Shown here piece after piece: positions 22,791 through 32,558 of a stretch of DNA of 38,778 bases. Under the pieces are notes generated by a model. That model was not told the origin of the DNA. It saw only the letters and a list, made by a program, of their open reading frames with translations, and ran no database searches. Position 1 is the first letter of the stretch. Every line of letters starts with the position of its first letter. The translations under genes and the position numbers were made by a program. Source of the stretch: Octopus bimaculoides (taxonomy: Eukaryota); assembly GCF_001194135.2 (NCBI RefSeq), contig NC_068986.1, positions 92,161,436-92,200,213 on the forward strand, read 5' to 3'.

Positions 22791-23524
22791 NNNNNNNNNN
22801 NNNNNNNNNNNNNNNNNNNNNNNNNNNNNNNNNNNNNNNNNNNNNNNNNNNNNNNNNNNNNNNNNNNNNNNNNNNNNNNNNNNNNNNNNNNNNNNNNNNN
22901 NNNNNNNNNNNNNNNNNNNNNNNNNNNNNNNNNNNNNNNNNNNNNNNNNNNNNNNNNNNNNNNNNNNNNNNNNNNNNNNNNNNNNNNNNNNNNNNNNNNN
23001 NNNNNNNNNNNNNNNNNNNNNNNNNNNNNNNNNNNNNNNNNNNNNNNNNNNNNNNNNNNNNNNNNNNNNNNNNNNNNNNNNNNNNNNNNNNNNNNNNNNN
23101 NNNNNNNNNNNNNNNNNNNNNNNNNNNNNNNNNNNNNNNNNNNNNNNNNNNNNNNNNNNNNNNNNNNNNNNNNNNNNNNNNNNNNNNNNNNNNNNNNNNN
23201 NNNNNNNNNNNNNNNNNNNNNNNNNNNNNNNNNNNNNNNNNNNNNNNNNNNNNNNNNNNNNNNNNNNNNNNNNNNNNNNNNNNNNNNNNNNNNNNNNNNN
23301 NNNNNNNNNNNNNNNNNNNNNNNNNNNNNNNNNNNNNNNNNNNNNNNNNNNNNNNNNNNNNNNNNNNNNNNNNNNNNNNNNNNNNNNNNNNNNNNNNNNN
23401 NNNNNNNNNNNNNNNNNNNNNNNNNNNNNNNNNNNNNNNNNNNNNNNNNNNNNNNNNNNNNNNNNNNNNNNNNNNNNNNNNNNNNNNNNNNNNNNNNNNN
23501 NNNNNNNNNNNNNNNNNNNTATAT

Positions 23525-23668
23525 ATACGACAGGCTTCTTTCAGCTTTCGTCTACCATATCCACTCACAAACCTTTGGTCGGCCCGAGGCTTTAGTAGGA
23601 GACACTTGCCCAAGGTGCCACGCAGTGGGACTGAAACCGGAACTATGTGGTTGGTAAGCAAGCTACTT
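23525..23668 (-). mobile_element. SINE family A head
   Basis: CTTCTTTCAG.TTTCGTCTACCA.ATCCACTCACAA...ACACTTGCCCAAGGTGCCACGCAGTGGGACTGAA. Confidence 0.85.
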
Positions 23669-23730
23669 TACCAGATACAACAACAAAATAAGTCTGCTCG
23701 ATCAGAGTTGACCTCGTGTATACTAAGATT

Positions 23731-23764
<34 letters not shown>

Positions 23765-23836
23765 GTCGTATCATTTTGTCTTTCACCCTTTCAGGGTCAG
23801 TAAAATAAGTACTAGAACGTAGCGACGGGTGAAATG

Positions 23837-24065
23837 CCTATTTCGTCATTGTCCACAAGGGGCTAAACATAGAGGGAACAAACAAGAACAGACGAACGGA
23901 TTAAGTCGATTACATCGACCCCAGTGCGTAACTGGTACTTAATTTATCGACCCCGAAAGGATGAAAGGCAAAGTCGACCTCGGCGGAATTTGAACTCAGA
24001 ACGTAACGACAGACGAAATACCACTAAGCATTTCGCCCGGCGTGCTAACGTTTCTGCCAGCTCAC
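23837..24065 (-). mobile_element. Young SINE family B copy (long tail type 1)
   Basis: GAGCTGGCAGAAACGTTAGCACGCCGGGCGAAATGCTTAG...GCCTTTCATCCTTTCGGGGTCGATAAATTAAGTACCAG...TTTAGCCCCTTGTGG. The head abuts (ATT)n. Confidence 0.9.
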
Positions 24066-24113
<48 letters not shown>

Positions 24114-24462
24114 NNNNNNNNNNNNNNNNNNNNNNNNNNNNNNNNNNNNNNNNNNNNNNNNNNNNNNNNNNNNNNNNNNNNNNNNNNNNNNNNNNNNNNN
24201 NNNNNNNNNNNNNNNNNNNNNNNNNNNNNNNNNNNNNNNNGTATAATAAAAAAATATTCAGACAAATACATAACAAAAACACCAGGACTTACAAATATAT
24301 ATAACATACAGAAAATTGCACTACTGGGTACTGCACACATTCTACGCAAAACACTTTCAATACAGTAAACATAAGAGCACCACAGCAAACCACAGCACAT
24401 ACCCAAGGCGCACAGAGCTGCGCTCGGTAGTGAAGTGAAAGCACGTTATAAAAATAAAACTA

Positions 24463-24528
<66 letters not shown>
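24066..24528. repeat. (AAT)n tracts at 24066-24113 and 24466-24528 flanking the gap and the Dong fragment
   Basis: Direct reading. Confidence 0.95.
24243..24465 (+). mobile_element. R4/Dong-clade non-LTR retrotransposon 3' end
   Basis: IIKKYSDKYITKTPGLTNIYNIQKIALLGTAHILRKTLSIQ* matches the R4/Dong C-terminal IQK-x-xLLGTA-x-ILR motif. The 3' UTR is followed directly by (AAT)n, the known Dong-type target. The 5' part lies in the gap. Confidence 0.8.
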
Positions 24529-24532
24529 TTAA

Positions 24533-24730
24533 GGCGGCGAGCAGGCAGAGTCGTTAGCACGTCGGACAATATACTTTGCGGCATTTCGTCCATCTTTACG
24601 TTCTGGTTTCGATTTAGCCTGTCATCCTTTCAAGGTTGATAAAATAAGTGCCAGTTGATCACTGGGGTCGATGTAATCGACTTAGACCTCCCCTTAATTA
24701 CTGGCCTTGCGCCAAAATTTGAAACCGATA
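24533..24730 (+). mobile_element. SINE family B (tail type 3)
   Basis: GGCGGCGAGCAGGCAGA...TCATCCTTTCAAGGTTGATAAAATAAGTGCCAG...CTGGCCTTGCGCCAAAATTTGAAACC. Confidence 0.85.
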
Positions 24731-24779
24731 TTAATTATGATTATAAAATTATTATTAACCTTATTATTATTGTGGTGAA

Positions 24780-24979
24780 GGCAGCGACCAGGCTGGACAA
24801 AATGTTTAGTTGCATTTCATCCGTGTTTACGTCCTGAGGTCAAATTCCACTGTGGTCAACTTTGCCTTTCGTCGTTTGGGGATCGATAAAATAAATATCA
24901 GTGAAATTCTGAGATCGTAGCAATTGATTTCCCTCTCGTCTCAAAAACTGCTGGCCTTGTGCCAAAATTTGAAACCATT
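24780..24979 (+). mobile_element. SINE family B (tail type 3)
   Basis: GGCAGCGACCAGGC...GGTCAAATTCCACTGTGGTCAACTTTGCC...GCTGGCCTTGTGCCAAAATTTGAAACCATT. Confidence 0.8.
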
Positions 24980-25349
24980 GTTGTTATTAGGTAGGTGGCT
25001 TTACTGACGTTCTAATGATTAACACACATACGTGCAGCTGTCTATAATTTGCCTACAAAAATACACCGAGAAAAGACAAATACACTTACACGAGCGCCAA
25101 TGATTTACCTAAACGCAAGTCACATGACAAATATCGTTACACAGTGTGGTAGAGAGAGAGGCTTTGCTTTTGCTGCACAATACCTTACAATCAAAGTTCA
25201 TGAACCTGTTGTGATTCTCTGTTGTACATTCACTTCAATACAATTTCTGATAATGCCTTAGTTACAGACATGTGGGTAATATCCTACTCTCCAACAATAT
25301 ATAAATCTTAGGCTTCTCGGTTATATGGATAACTAAATTATGAGCAGAA

Positions 25350-25490
25350 GCATGGTTAAATTTTCACTTCGCAATCACGTGGTGCCGGTTTCGAGTTATC
25401 ATCACATCACCTTATGCAAATGACTTGTACGACAGCCTCGATTCAACTCCATTTGATAGACGAAACTAAGGAAGCCCATCAATCTGACTT
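25350..25490 (+). mobile_element. Old SINE family A head
   Basis: GCATGGTTAA...CACGTGGTGCCGGTTTCGAGT...CACCTTATGCAAATGACTT...TAGACGAAACTAAGGAAGCCC is a diverged family A head. Confidence 0.5.
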
Positions 25491-25584
25491 TCGTAATTCG
25501 TTTCCCGGTTTAATACCGTCACCAGGTTCTTGGGTACATTTAATGTAGTGTTCTCTGTTGCAATTATTTCGGTCAATTCTAGAA

Positions 25585-25795
25585 CGGCGAGCTGGTGGAA
25601 TCACTAGAGCGTAGAAAATATAGTTTACAGGATTTGTTTTACGTTCTGAGTTCAAATTCTGCAGAGATTATCTTTGCCTTTTATTCTTTCGGGCTTGATG
25701 AAATAAGTGCCAGTTGAGCTCTGGGGTCGATGGAATCGAATTGCCCCCACCCCCAAAAAAAATTGCTGGCCTTATTTCGAAGTTTGAAGCCATTA
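25585..25795 (+). mobile_element. SINE family B (tail type 3)
   Basis: CGGCGAGCTGG...ACGTTCTGAGTTCAAATTC...AAATAAGTGCCAGTTGAG...GGGGTCGAT...ATTGCTGGCCTT. Confidence 0.8.
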
Positions 25796-25812
25796 TTTTG
25801 GAATTATTCTAG

Positions 25813-26010
25813 AGCGACGAGCTGGTAGAATTGTTACAGCATCAGAAAATGTTTTGAGATATTTGTTCCAGCTTCTTATCGGGACTTCTGAGTTCATTTG
25901 TCGCCATGGTTAACTTTCCCTTTCATCCTTTCCGGGGTTGACAATAAAGTACCATTCGACAAGCCCCTTTCCTCAAAATCATTAACTGTGTGATTAGGTT
26001 AGAAAATATT
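25813..26010 (+). mobile_element. SINE family B, degraded
   Basis: GCGACGAGCTGGTAGAA...TTCTGAGTTCA...TTTCATCCTTTCCGGGGTTGAC. Confidence 0.7.
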
Positions 26011-26129
26011 ATTTTGGCTAGTTCACTAGCTTGGGGACAATTTCCACTCTTCATCTCACCAGTTTCAGAAGCCCTGTAAAAGGCTATGGACCTTACTCTT
26101 CTACCTTTGATTGAGCCAAGAAAGACTGA

Positions 26130-26690
26130 GAAAATGCCTTGCTGTATTTCTTGTCGCTCTTAAAGTTCCATGTTCAAATTCCGCAGACGTCAACTTTGCC
26201 TTTCATCTTTCCGGGGTCGATAAAGCACCACATGTGGAGGCGCAATGGCCCAGTGGTTAGGGCAGCGGACTCGCGGTTATAGGATCGCGGTTTCGATTCC
26301 CAGACCGGGCGTTGTGAGTGTTTATTGAGCGAAAACACCTAAAGCTCCACGAGGCTCTGGCAGGGGATGGTGGCGAACCCTGCTGTACTCTTCCACCACA
26401 ACTTTCTCTCACTCTTTCTTCCTGTTTCTGTTGTGCCTGTAATTCAAAGGGTCAGCCTTGTCACACTGTGTCACGCTGAATATCCCCCGAGAACTACGTT
26501 AAGGGTACACGTGTCTGTGGAGTGCTCAGCCACTTGCACGTTAATTTCACGAGCAAGCTGTTCCGTTGATCGGATCAACTGGAACTCTCGACGCCGTAAG
26601 CGACGGAGTGCCAACAACAACAACAAAGCACCACTGAAATATTAGGAGCAGATTTCACAGACTAATCCACTTCTCCGGATTTCCTGCTCT
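26130..26690 (+). mobile_element. SINE family B interrupted by a head C/tail X SINE
   Basis: GTTCAAATTCCGCAGACGTCAACTTTGCCTTTCATCTTTCCGGGGTCGATAAAGCACCAC [insert] TGAAATATTAGGAG...GACTAATCC. Confidence 0.7.
26232..26624 (+). mobile_element. Full-length tRNA-derived SINE: head C + tail X
   Basis: A/B boxes as at 18627, (CAA)n tail, perfect 10-bp TSD AAAGCACCAC at 26222-26231 and 26625-26634. Confidence 0.93.
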
Positions 26691-26724
26691 TTTGCTTATA
26701 TGAGAAACAAGTATTTGAATATTT

Positions 26725-26870
26725 AGGTCGGTTTATGGGTGGGATCGTAGACCGTCGGATAATTGGTTGTTTACATTCTGAGTTCAACTACAGCCGAGAT
26801 CAAGTTTGTCTTTCATCTATTCGAGATCGATAAAATAAAGTACAAATCATGTATTGGATGTAATTTAATC
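26725..26870 (+). mobile_element. SINE family B, degraded
   Basis: ACATTCTGAGTTCAACTACAGCCGAGATCAAGTTTGTCTTTCATC...GATCGATAAAATAAAGTAC. Confidence 0.65.
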
Positions 26871-27409
26871 ACCGGTCTACTCAATAAGTGTTGACCTAGG
26901 GCTAAACAAAAGCATCAAGACTCTAGATCACACCTGCAATTGGTTATTCGACCAATAATCGTGCCAGATTCTCTACTTGATTAGCTCTCATCGAACAGAA
27001 GAGTTGCTGTGGTTTTTCCTTTGTTGACAGAAAACCATAAATTTGTAGTAAAAACAAAACTGATCAAAAACTAGTTAATATAGTGTGGGGGTGGGGGTGG
27101 CAGGTGCTGAACAAGCCCGCAGATCGTCTGACCCTACGCCCTTATCTCTCCAAGCTTACTTACCTTCATTCGTTCCTGTCTTGTCATAAACACGAATATG
27201 TACACACTTGGTGTTGCTTATCCATAGATTAATAATTCCTTTCAACCATTCTTGGGCTCTCAAACCTTGATAGACTGTCGCTGAATACAGCGTGTAATGA
27301 GCCTTTTAAACCTTGAGTAGAACGTGTTTCAGGTATTTTAAACAATGCCTTCTCCAAAATCAATCATAATTGATTTTCTCCCAAAGTATTCTTCCAGAAG
27401 GAGGAATAA

Positions 27410-27510
27410 TCGATCTCAGTACTGGACAAGTCTATTTATCTATCGTCCCCGAAGTTGACTCCAACGGAATTTGAGCTCTGGGTGTTGGAATGAATACCAC
27501 GTTCTAACAG
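27410..27510 (-). mobile_element. SINE family B fragment, degraded
   Basis: Minus strand CAGAGCTCAAATTCCGTTGGAGTCAACTTCGGGGACGATAGATAAATAG. Confidence 0.45.
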
Positions 27511-27566
27511 CTTTGCAAAATGGTTGGTTTTTCAAAGATACCAATACAAAAGAAAATACTGTTGAA

Positions 27567-27767
27567 ATAATGACTTCAAATTTTGGCACAAAGCCAGCAA
27601 TTTCGGGGAGGGATTAAGTCGATTACATCGATCCTAGCGCTCAACTGGTACTTATTTTATCGATCCCGAGGGGTGAAAGACAAAGTCGACATCGGTGGAA
27701 TTCGAACGTAAAGACGGACGAAATGCCGCTAAGTATTTCGTCCGGCCGATTCTATCAGTTTGCCGCC
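27567..27767 (-). mobile_element. SINE family B (tail type 3)
   Basis: Minus strand GGCGGCAAACTG...TTTACGTTCGAATTCCACCGATGTCGACTTTG...GCTGGCTTTGTGCCAAAATTTGAAG.CATTATT. Confidence 0.82.
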
Positions 27768-28259
27768 TTATAGTTAGTTCCTGCTCACCCTAGATGTTAT
27801 TAAACGAAAAATGAGCGAAACCGTATAAGCTGAACAATCTGGTACACACACACACACGCACGCGCACGCAAAAAGGAGGAAATACAACATTTCTTTTTTT
27901 TTTGCACTTGGATTTCAGTTTAATTTGCTAAGAACATTTAGTGAATGAAAGTATGAAACACCCTGCTTTGATAATCTACTTGTTCTTTTCTGGCAAAAAT
28001 TAGACTTCATCCTATCCTTTTCTATTTTCTTCATCTGATATTTTATTCAATGGAAGCAATAGATGTAAGATCGTTTATTGAATATCGGAGGTGAATTTTC
28101 ACCATCTCTGTTCATGCCAACACAACAGTAAATAAAATGTGCTGATTTTGTAATATAAAACAACAGCTTTTTATATTTTCTTAATTCCACAGTTTGTTTG
28201 AAGAGATTTCATAAATAAAGAAGACCTCATTTTTGTAACGGTGTCTTGAAATAACTATC

Positions 28260-28524
28260 CATGCCCCATGGGGAAAGAAAAGGGCACCGAACTGGAAGTG
28301 GGAACAAAAGTGTAAAAAAAAAAAAACTATGCTTTTTTTTTTTTTTGGTAAAGGGCACGAAACTGGAAGTGGAGCAAAAATGTAAAAAAAGACCTTTTTT
28401 TTGAAAAAGTTCTTTCAAAATCATATTTCCTGTTGTATTAAAGACAGAAATCCTAAAATATGAGAGGGTGGTGGTGGTGGGGATTCACCCAATTTCGTGC
28501 CCTTATTCTTGCTCATGAGGTGTG
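28260..28524. mobile_element. Putative MITE with ~35-bp imperfect TIRs
   Basis: Left CATGCCCCATGGGGAAAGAAAAGGGCACCGAACTGG vs reverse-complemented right CACACCTCATGAGCAAGAATAAGGGCACGAAATTGG. An internal direct copy AAGGGCACGAAACTGG lies at ~28351. TA follows the right end. Confidence 0.45.
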
Positions 28525-29599
28525 TATGTGAGGAGGCTATTCCAAAACTCCGCCGGTATCTTACTCAAATAATGAGTCTATGAAATACAATAATTTTTGT
28601 CTCCTTTCATATGCACTACGACGGGGAACAACAACAATGATAATAAATATTGTATCGACTGACCACATACATAGTGATACATAATGATAAGCGAGACGAT
28701 GACGAGGCTAGACACCGTAACAAAAATCTCTCTCAAATCACATTCTAAAGTTTCAGAAAAAAAAAAAAAAGATGAAAGATACGTTGAATAATGTTGACCT
28801 GGCTCTACAAAGAGATGAGATGATCGTGAATCTGACGTCTTTGAACATAAATTTGATTGGATTAAATCTGGCCTGATGCAAAACAACAATTATTGGGACT
28901 TCTTTTATACATCCTAATGGAATAAAAGGCAAAAAAAAAAAAAAGTTGGTAGCAGCATGATTTGAACTCGGGACCTAAAGATGACAAATATGTCTATATA
29001 TGTATCACACTAGGGTGTCCATTATGTCAACAATAATATTATTATAGACAATACCCAATAATCTACTGACTGTCTCTCCACCGTTGTCCGATATTTTCTG
29101 TATAGAAATTTACTCTCGAGTTGCGGCGATCCTGTTTATGCCTTTCAATAAATAAATAAATAAACACCCTTCCCCGCCTCTAATGTGCGTAAGTAGATAG
29201 AGATAAGGGGCTCTTCAATCAATATCCTTATTTTTAATGAATACGGGAAGTGATAATAATTAATTACTTAGATACAGACGGTAGTCGGAGGTGAATATGA
29301 TTGTGTTACATTCATGCCTTTCTCAAGTAAATGGAACGAAAAGATTTGCTGTGGGGAGCAATGAGATTGAAACTATTACCGGAAGGTTACCGCTTGCTTA
29401 CTTGTTCCTCTCTCTCTCTACACACACATATATATATATGTGGTTGGAAAGAGAGAGAGGGAGAAAGAGAGAGACCTTTGCTGGCTCCTGATATATAGGA
29501 AAGCAAAAAGTAAGCAAGGGGCCGAATTCAATAGTGACACTAAATACTATATATGGATGGATATGAAGAACAGGAAAAGGGAGTCTCAACAAAAGTAAC

Positions 29600-29900
29600 T
29601 CGGCCTGCTAAAAGAGCAGCCAAATCTTCCGTAAATTACAGCCCGTTATCTTAAACAACGAGAAGTCACATTAACCTGACGTAGGCTTAGATGCATTAAA
29701 AAAAAAAAGAGAGGATGGCCACGACTGGATGCCTTTCTTCAAAAGTTTGCTGACTTGAGGACAAAAAACAACGAAAACAAGCTACCGAGATAATCATTAC
29801 AACGTGATCGCTCTGCCTGCTAGAAATAGCAGCCACATCTATCTTTAAGATGAAAAAACATTAGATATTGTGGTCCTAGGTACCCATAAAAACAGTGGAA
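29600..29900 (+). repeat. Two adjacent fragments of interspersed repeat E
   Basis: GGCCTGCTAAAAGAGCAGCCAAATC (~29602) and GCCTGCTAGAAATAGCAGCCACATC (~29815). Related pieces occur at ~2085 and ~5190. Confidence 0.55.
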
Positions 29901-30168
29901 TGTTTGGAATAGATGTCCCATGAAGCCCCATACCTCATGGAGAAGGGAGATTTGGAGAAATTATTTTTTCGGAATCGTAATATCCGTTTTATAAAGCATG
30001 GGAATATTTAAAAAGGAAAAAAAAAGAAAAAAAAACCCAACAAAAATGAAAGCAAAACTACTCTTTTCCTTTGTGATAGTCACGACTGGAACATAAGTCT
30101 GCAGGATCAGTGCAAGACACAATAGTAATGATAGCGAAATCAAGTAAATGAAAATGAAATGAAGGCCT

Positions 30169-30174
30169 ACTTAC
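30169..30174 (-). other. 5' splice donor GTAAGT of the intron following the SMB exon
   Basis: + strand ACTTAC at 30169-30174 is the perfect GTAAGT consensus, just past the last SMB cysteine (Cys-Arg then one base). Confidence 0.85.
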
Positions 30175-30469
30175 GCCGACACACATAGGTGTAATCCGTG
30201 CAACAGTCGTTTAACTGGGAACAGCCTTCGTCACAGAAACATCGACGTTGTGGTTTCGATATAACGTCGGCGCTTTCATCCAGAGTGTCATTTTCCTGTG
30301 AAACTGTTTGATTTGCCGCGTTTCTCGGTTCTCCGTATGTCCAACATGTATTGTCCCGTCCGGTGCAGCAGAGGTTATGCTTTTGACAACTGCATTCCGC
30401 AAAATCCACGAGATATCCAGCTACACAAAACAGCACGAGAAGGAAAGCCAAACATTTTGTCGACTTCAT
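30175..30469 (-). CDS. SBSPON: First coding exon of a somatomedin-B and thrombospondin type-1 domain-containing protein (SBSPON/RPE-spondin-like): signal peptide + SMB-like domain
   Basis: ATG at 30469 with A at -3. Hydrophobic signal peptide MKSTKCLAFLLVLFCVAGYLVDFAEC. Cys pattern C-x4/5-CC-x-GRD-x2-C...CFCD-x2-C-x4-DCC-x-DY-x3-C matches SBSPON-family N-termini as I recall them (human CAEAGRCCPGRDPAC...CFCDQAC...DCCFDY...C). Canonical phase-1 donor CGGC|GTAAGT at 30175/30174, so the ORF-track stop at 30167 is intronic. Confidence 0.88.
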
Positions 30470-32017
30470 CTTTCGTTTTCACTAACTTTCTAACGGTGAC
30501 AGCTTTGTTTTACAGTGTACTTAAAGCGCTAAATTTATGTGTGTATGTGTGTACAGCAGAGACGGGAGAGGAGGAAGAGGAGGAAGAGGAGAAATTTTAT
30601 TTGTTTATATATCGCATTAGATGTATGCAGAAATTTAATGATTATGCTAAGGGCTTTTTTCCTCTTCTTTTTCTCAGATGAACATCACAAGCAAAATATA
30701 ACTTCAAAATAATTAAAGAACTTATATAATTCTGATATTTTCCCGTGTAAATAAAGATGATAACTCTATCTTTCGAATCTTGTTGATTTTCGTCAATTTT
30801 CAATTAAATTAAATTGCTGAAGTTTGTCTCTGTGTGTATGTATATATATTTATATGTATACCTGTATGAATATATGTATAAATGCATATATAATGATAAT
30901 TGAAATAATCCAGTAGGGTTTTCACTTTGCTTGAATTCATTCAACGAAGTAAATGAGCCTTTAAAATATTTTTTTCTTTTTAAAGAAAAGTTTTTTAAAT
31001 TGCTCAGCGTGAGAAAATTCTTGGCCGAGGGGATAAACGTGAGTTACTTCTTATCCCCTTTTTTTTATCCTAATTAATTTTACTGTTTGAAGGTTTAACT
31101 CCTTCTGTTTGGGGAGTTTTATTTATGGTTGTGTCTACTAAGCTACTTTTACAATTTTCTTTGCCCCTTCTTTCAGTAGCTCTACCGTGAGGCTGTTTCG
31201 TTTGAGCAGTTGTACAACCGAACTCCTTCACGCAGCAAATGAGAGAAGCTGGCTGCCGTCTGTGACAGAGAGGCAGGAAGAAAGAAAGAAAGAAAGACAA
31301 GGGAGGGGAAAGAGAGAGAAAATAAAAGTTACACACAAAATAGAGAAATAAGAAAGAAAAAGTAAGGCAGGATAATGTAGTAGGAGGGGGAGGAGGAGGA
31401 GGAGTGAATCGAGTGAGAACGGGAGAGATGAGAGAGCGCGTGTGTTATGCGTGCATGTGTCTGTGTGTTTGTGCGTGTGTGAGTGACAAGCTAGCAGGCT
31501 GCAGGCAAGGCTAGCTGTCTGGTTGGTGCTCAGCACTTCATTTATTTCTCTGTTCGTTTATTACTATTTCTTAGCATGCGAAAGTCTGTTTGGGCGCCAT
31601 CTCTTTATTTCTTTCTTTCTCACACGCATATACTCACACACATATACATTAACGAACACGCAACTTAAAGGTGTCTGACAATGATGGGGGAAAAAAAATT
31701 ACAAACAAAAAATGAAAATAAAAGAGGAAAAAAAATGCGAGGAAGCAGAGATGAGAAATGATTTTGCCATATGTGATTCGTAGTAGAATTCCAGTGTTTT
31801 CATTGGTCAAGTTGATTCTGCTGCTGAAGACATGCGCGGTTTGTGATTGCTCCAAACTATCGGCTTCACGTGAAGAGGTGGGGAGAGGGAGGTATGTAAG
31901 AAGAGGGGGGGGAAATCTGGGAGAGTGTTGGATATGGATAGATGAAGAGAAATAGGAAGCTGGATATATAGACATAAATGGACAGGGAGATGAAGCTCAT
32001 ATATGTATATATATATA

Positions 32018-32141
32018 GGTGCAGGCGTGGCTGTGTTGCATGAAGCTTGCTTCCCAAACACGTGGTTCCGGGTTCAGTCCCACTGCATGGCACCTTGGGC
32101 AAGTGTCTTCTACTATAGCCTCGAGCCGACCAAACCCTTGT
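32018..32141 (+). mobile_element. SINE family A head, 3'-truncated
   Basis: GGCGTGGCTGTGTTG...GGTTCCGGGTTCAGTCCCACTGCATGGCACCTTGGGCAAGTGTCTTCTACTATAGCCTCGAGCCGACCAAACCCTTGTG. Confidence 0.88.
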
Positions 32142-32485
32142 GCAGTGGTCCGGGAACAAAATTTGCTTAGGGGGTGCAAACTCAGTTTCAAAATTTAGCA
32201 CTACTGGAGAAGTGTGGATCCGAGTTCTGGGAGTGTGCATGTCACATATTTGCGCATGCGCCCGTGTTAGTCGTAAGTAGTCAAATTTAGCACACAGGTA
32301 AAAAACGAAACGCTCGCTACTTGCTGTAAATGGAGGGTGGGTGATCCATCTGATACAAGAAGAAAATTGCAGATTAATTGAATANNNNNNNNNNNNNNNN
32401 NNNNNNNNNNNNNNNNNNNNNNNNNNNNNNNNNNNNNNNNNNNNNNNNNNNNNNNNNNNNNNNNNNNNNNNNNNNNNNNNNNNNA

Positions 32486-32558
32486 GAACATAAAGACAGA
32501 CGAAATACCGTTAAGCATTTCGCCTGGCGTGCTATCGTTTCTGCCAGCTCGCTGCCTT
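32486..32558 (-). mobile_element. SINE family B head (rest in gap)
   Basis: Minus strand GGCAGCGAGCTGGCAGAAACGATAGCACGCCAGGCGAAATGCTTAACGGTATTTCGTCTG. Confidence 0.8.

Noticed and set aside
22186-23803. Longest ORFs in the track (469 aa, 431 aa, 298 aa)
   Set aside because: Made of trinucleotide repeats, a 729-N gap and a SINE head. No domain signal.
27155-27225. Minus-strand GAAG|GTAAGT donor at ~27160
   Set aside because: The upstream sequence has no good acceptor and does not encode an SBSPON-like peptide. Probably a chance match.
30211-30681. ORFs 30211..30402(-), 30298..30681(+), 30308..30493(+) overlapping the SBSPON exon
   Set aside because: Alternative-frame or antisense shadows of the real exon, with no recognisable motifs.
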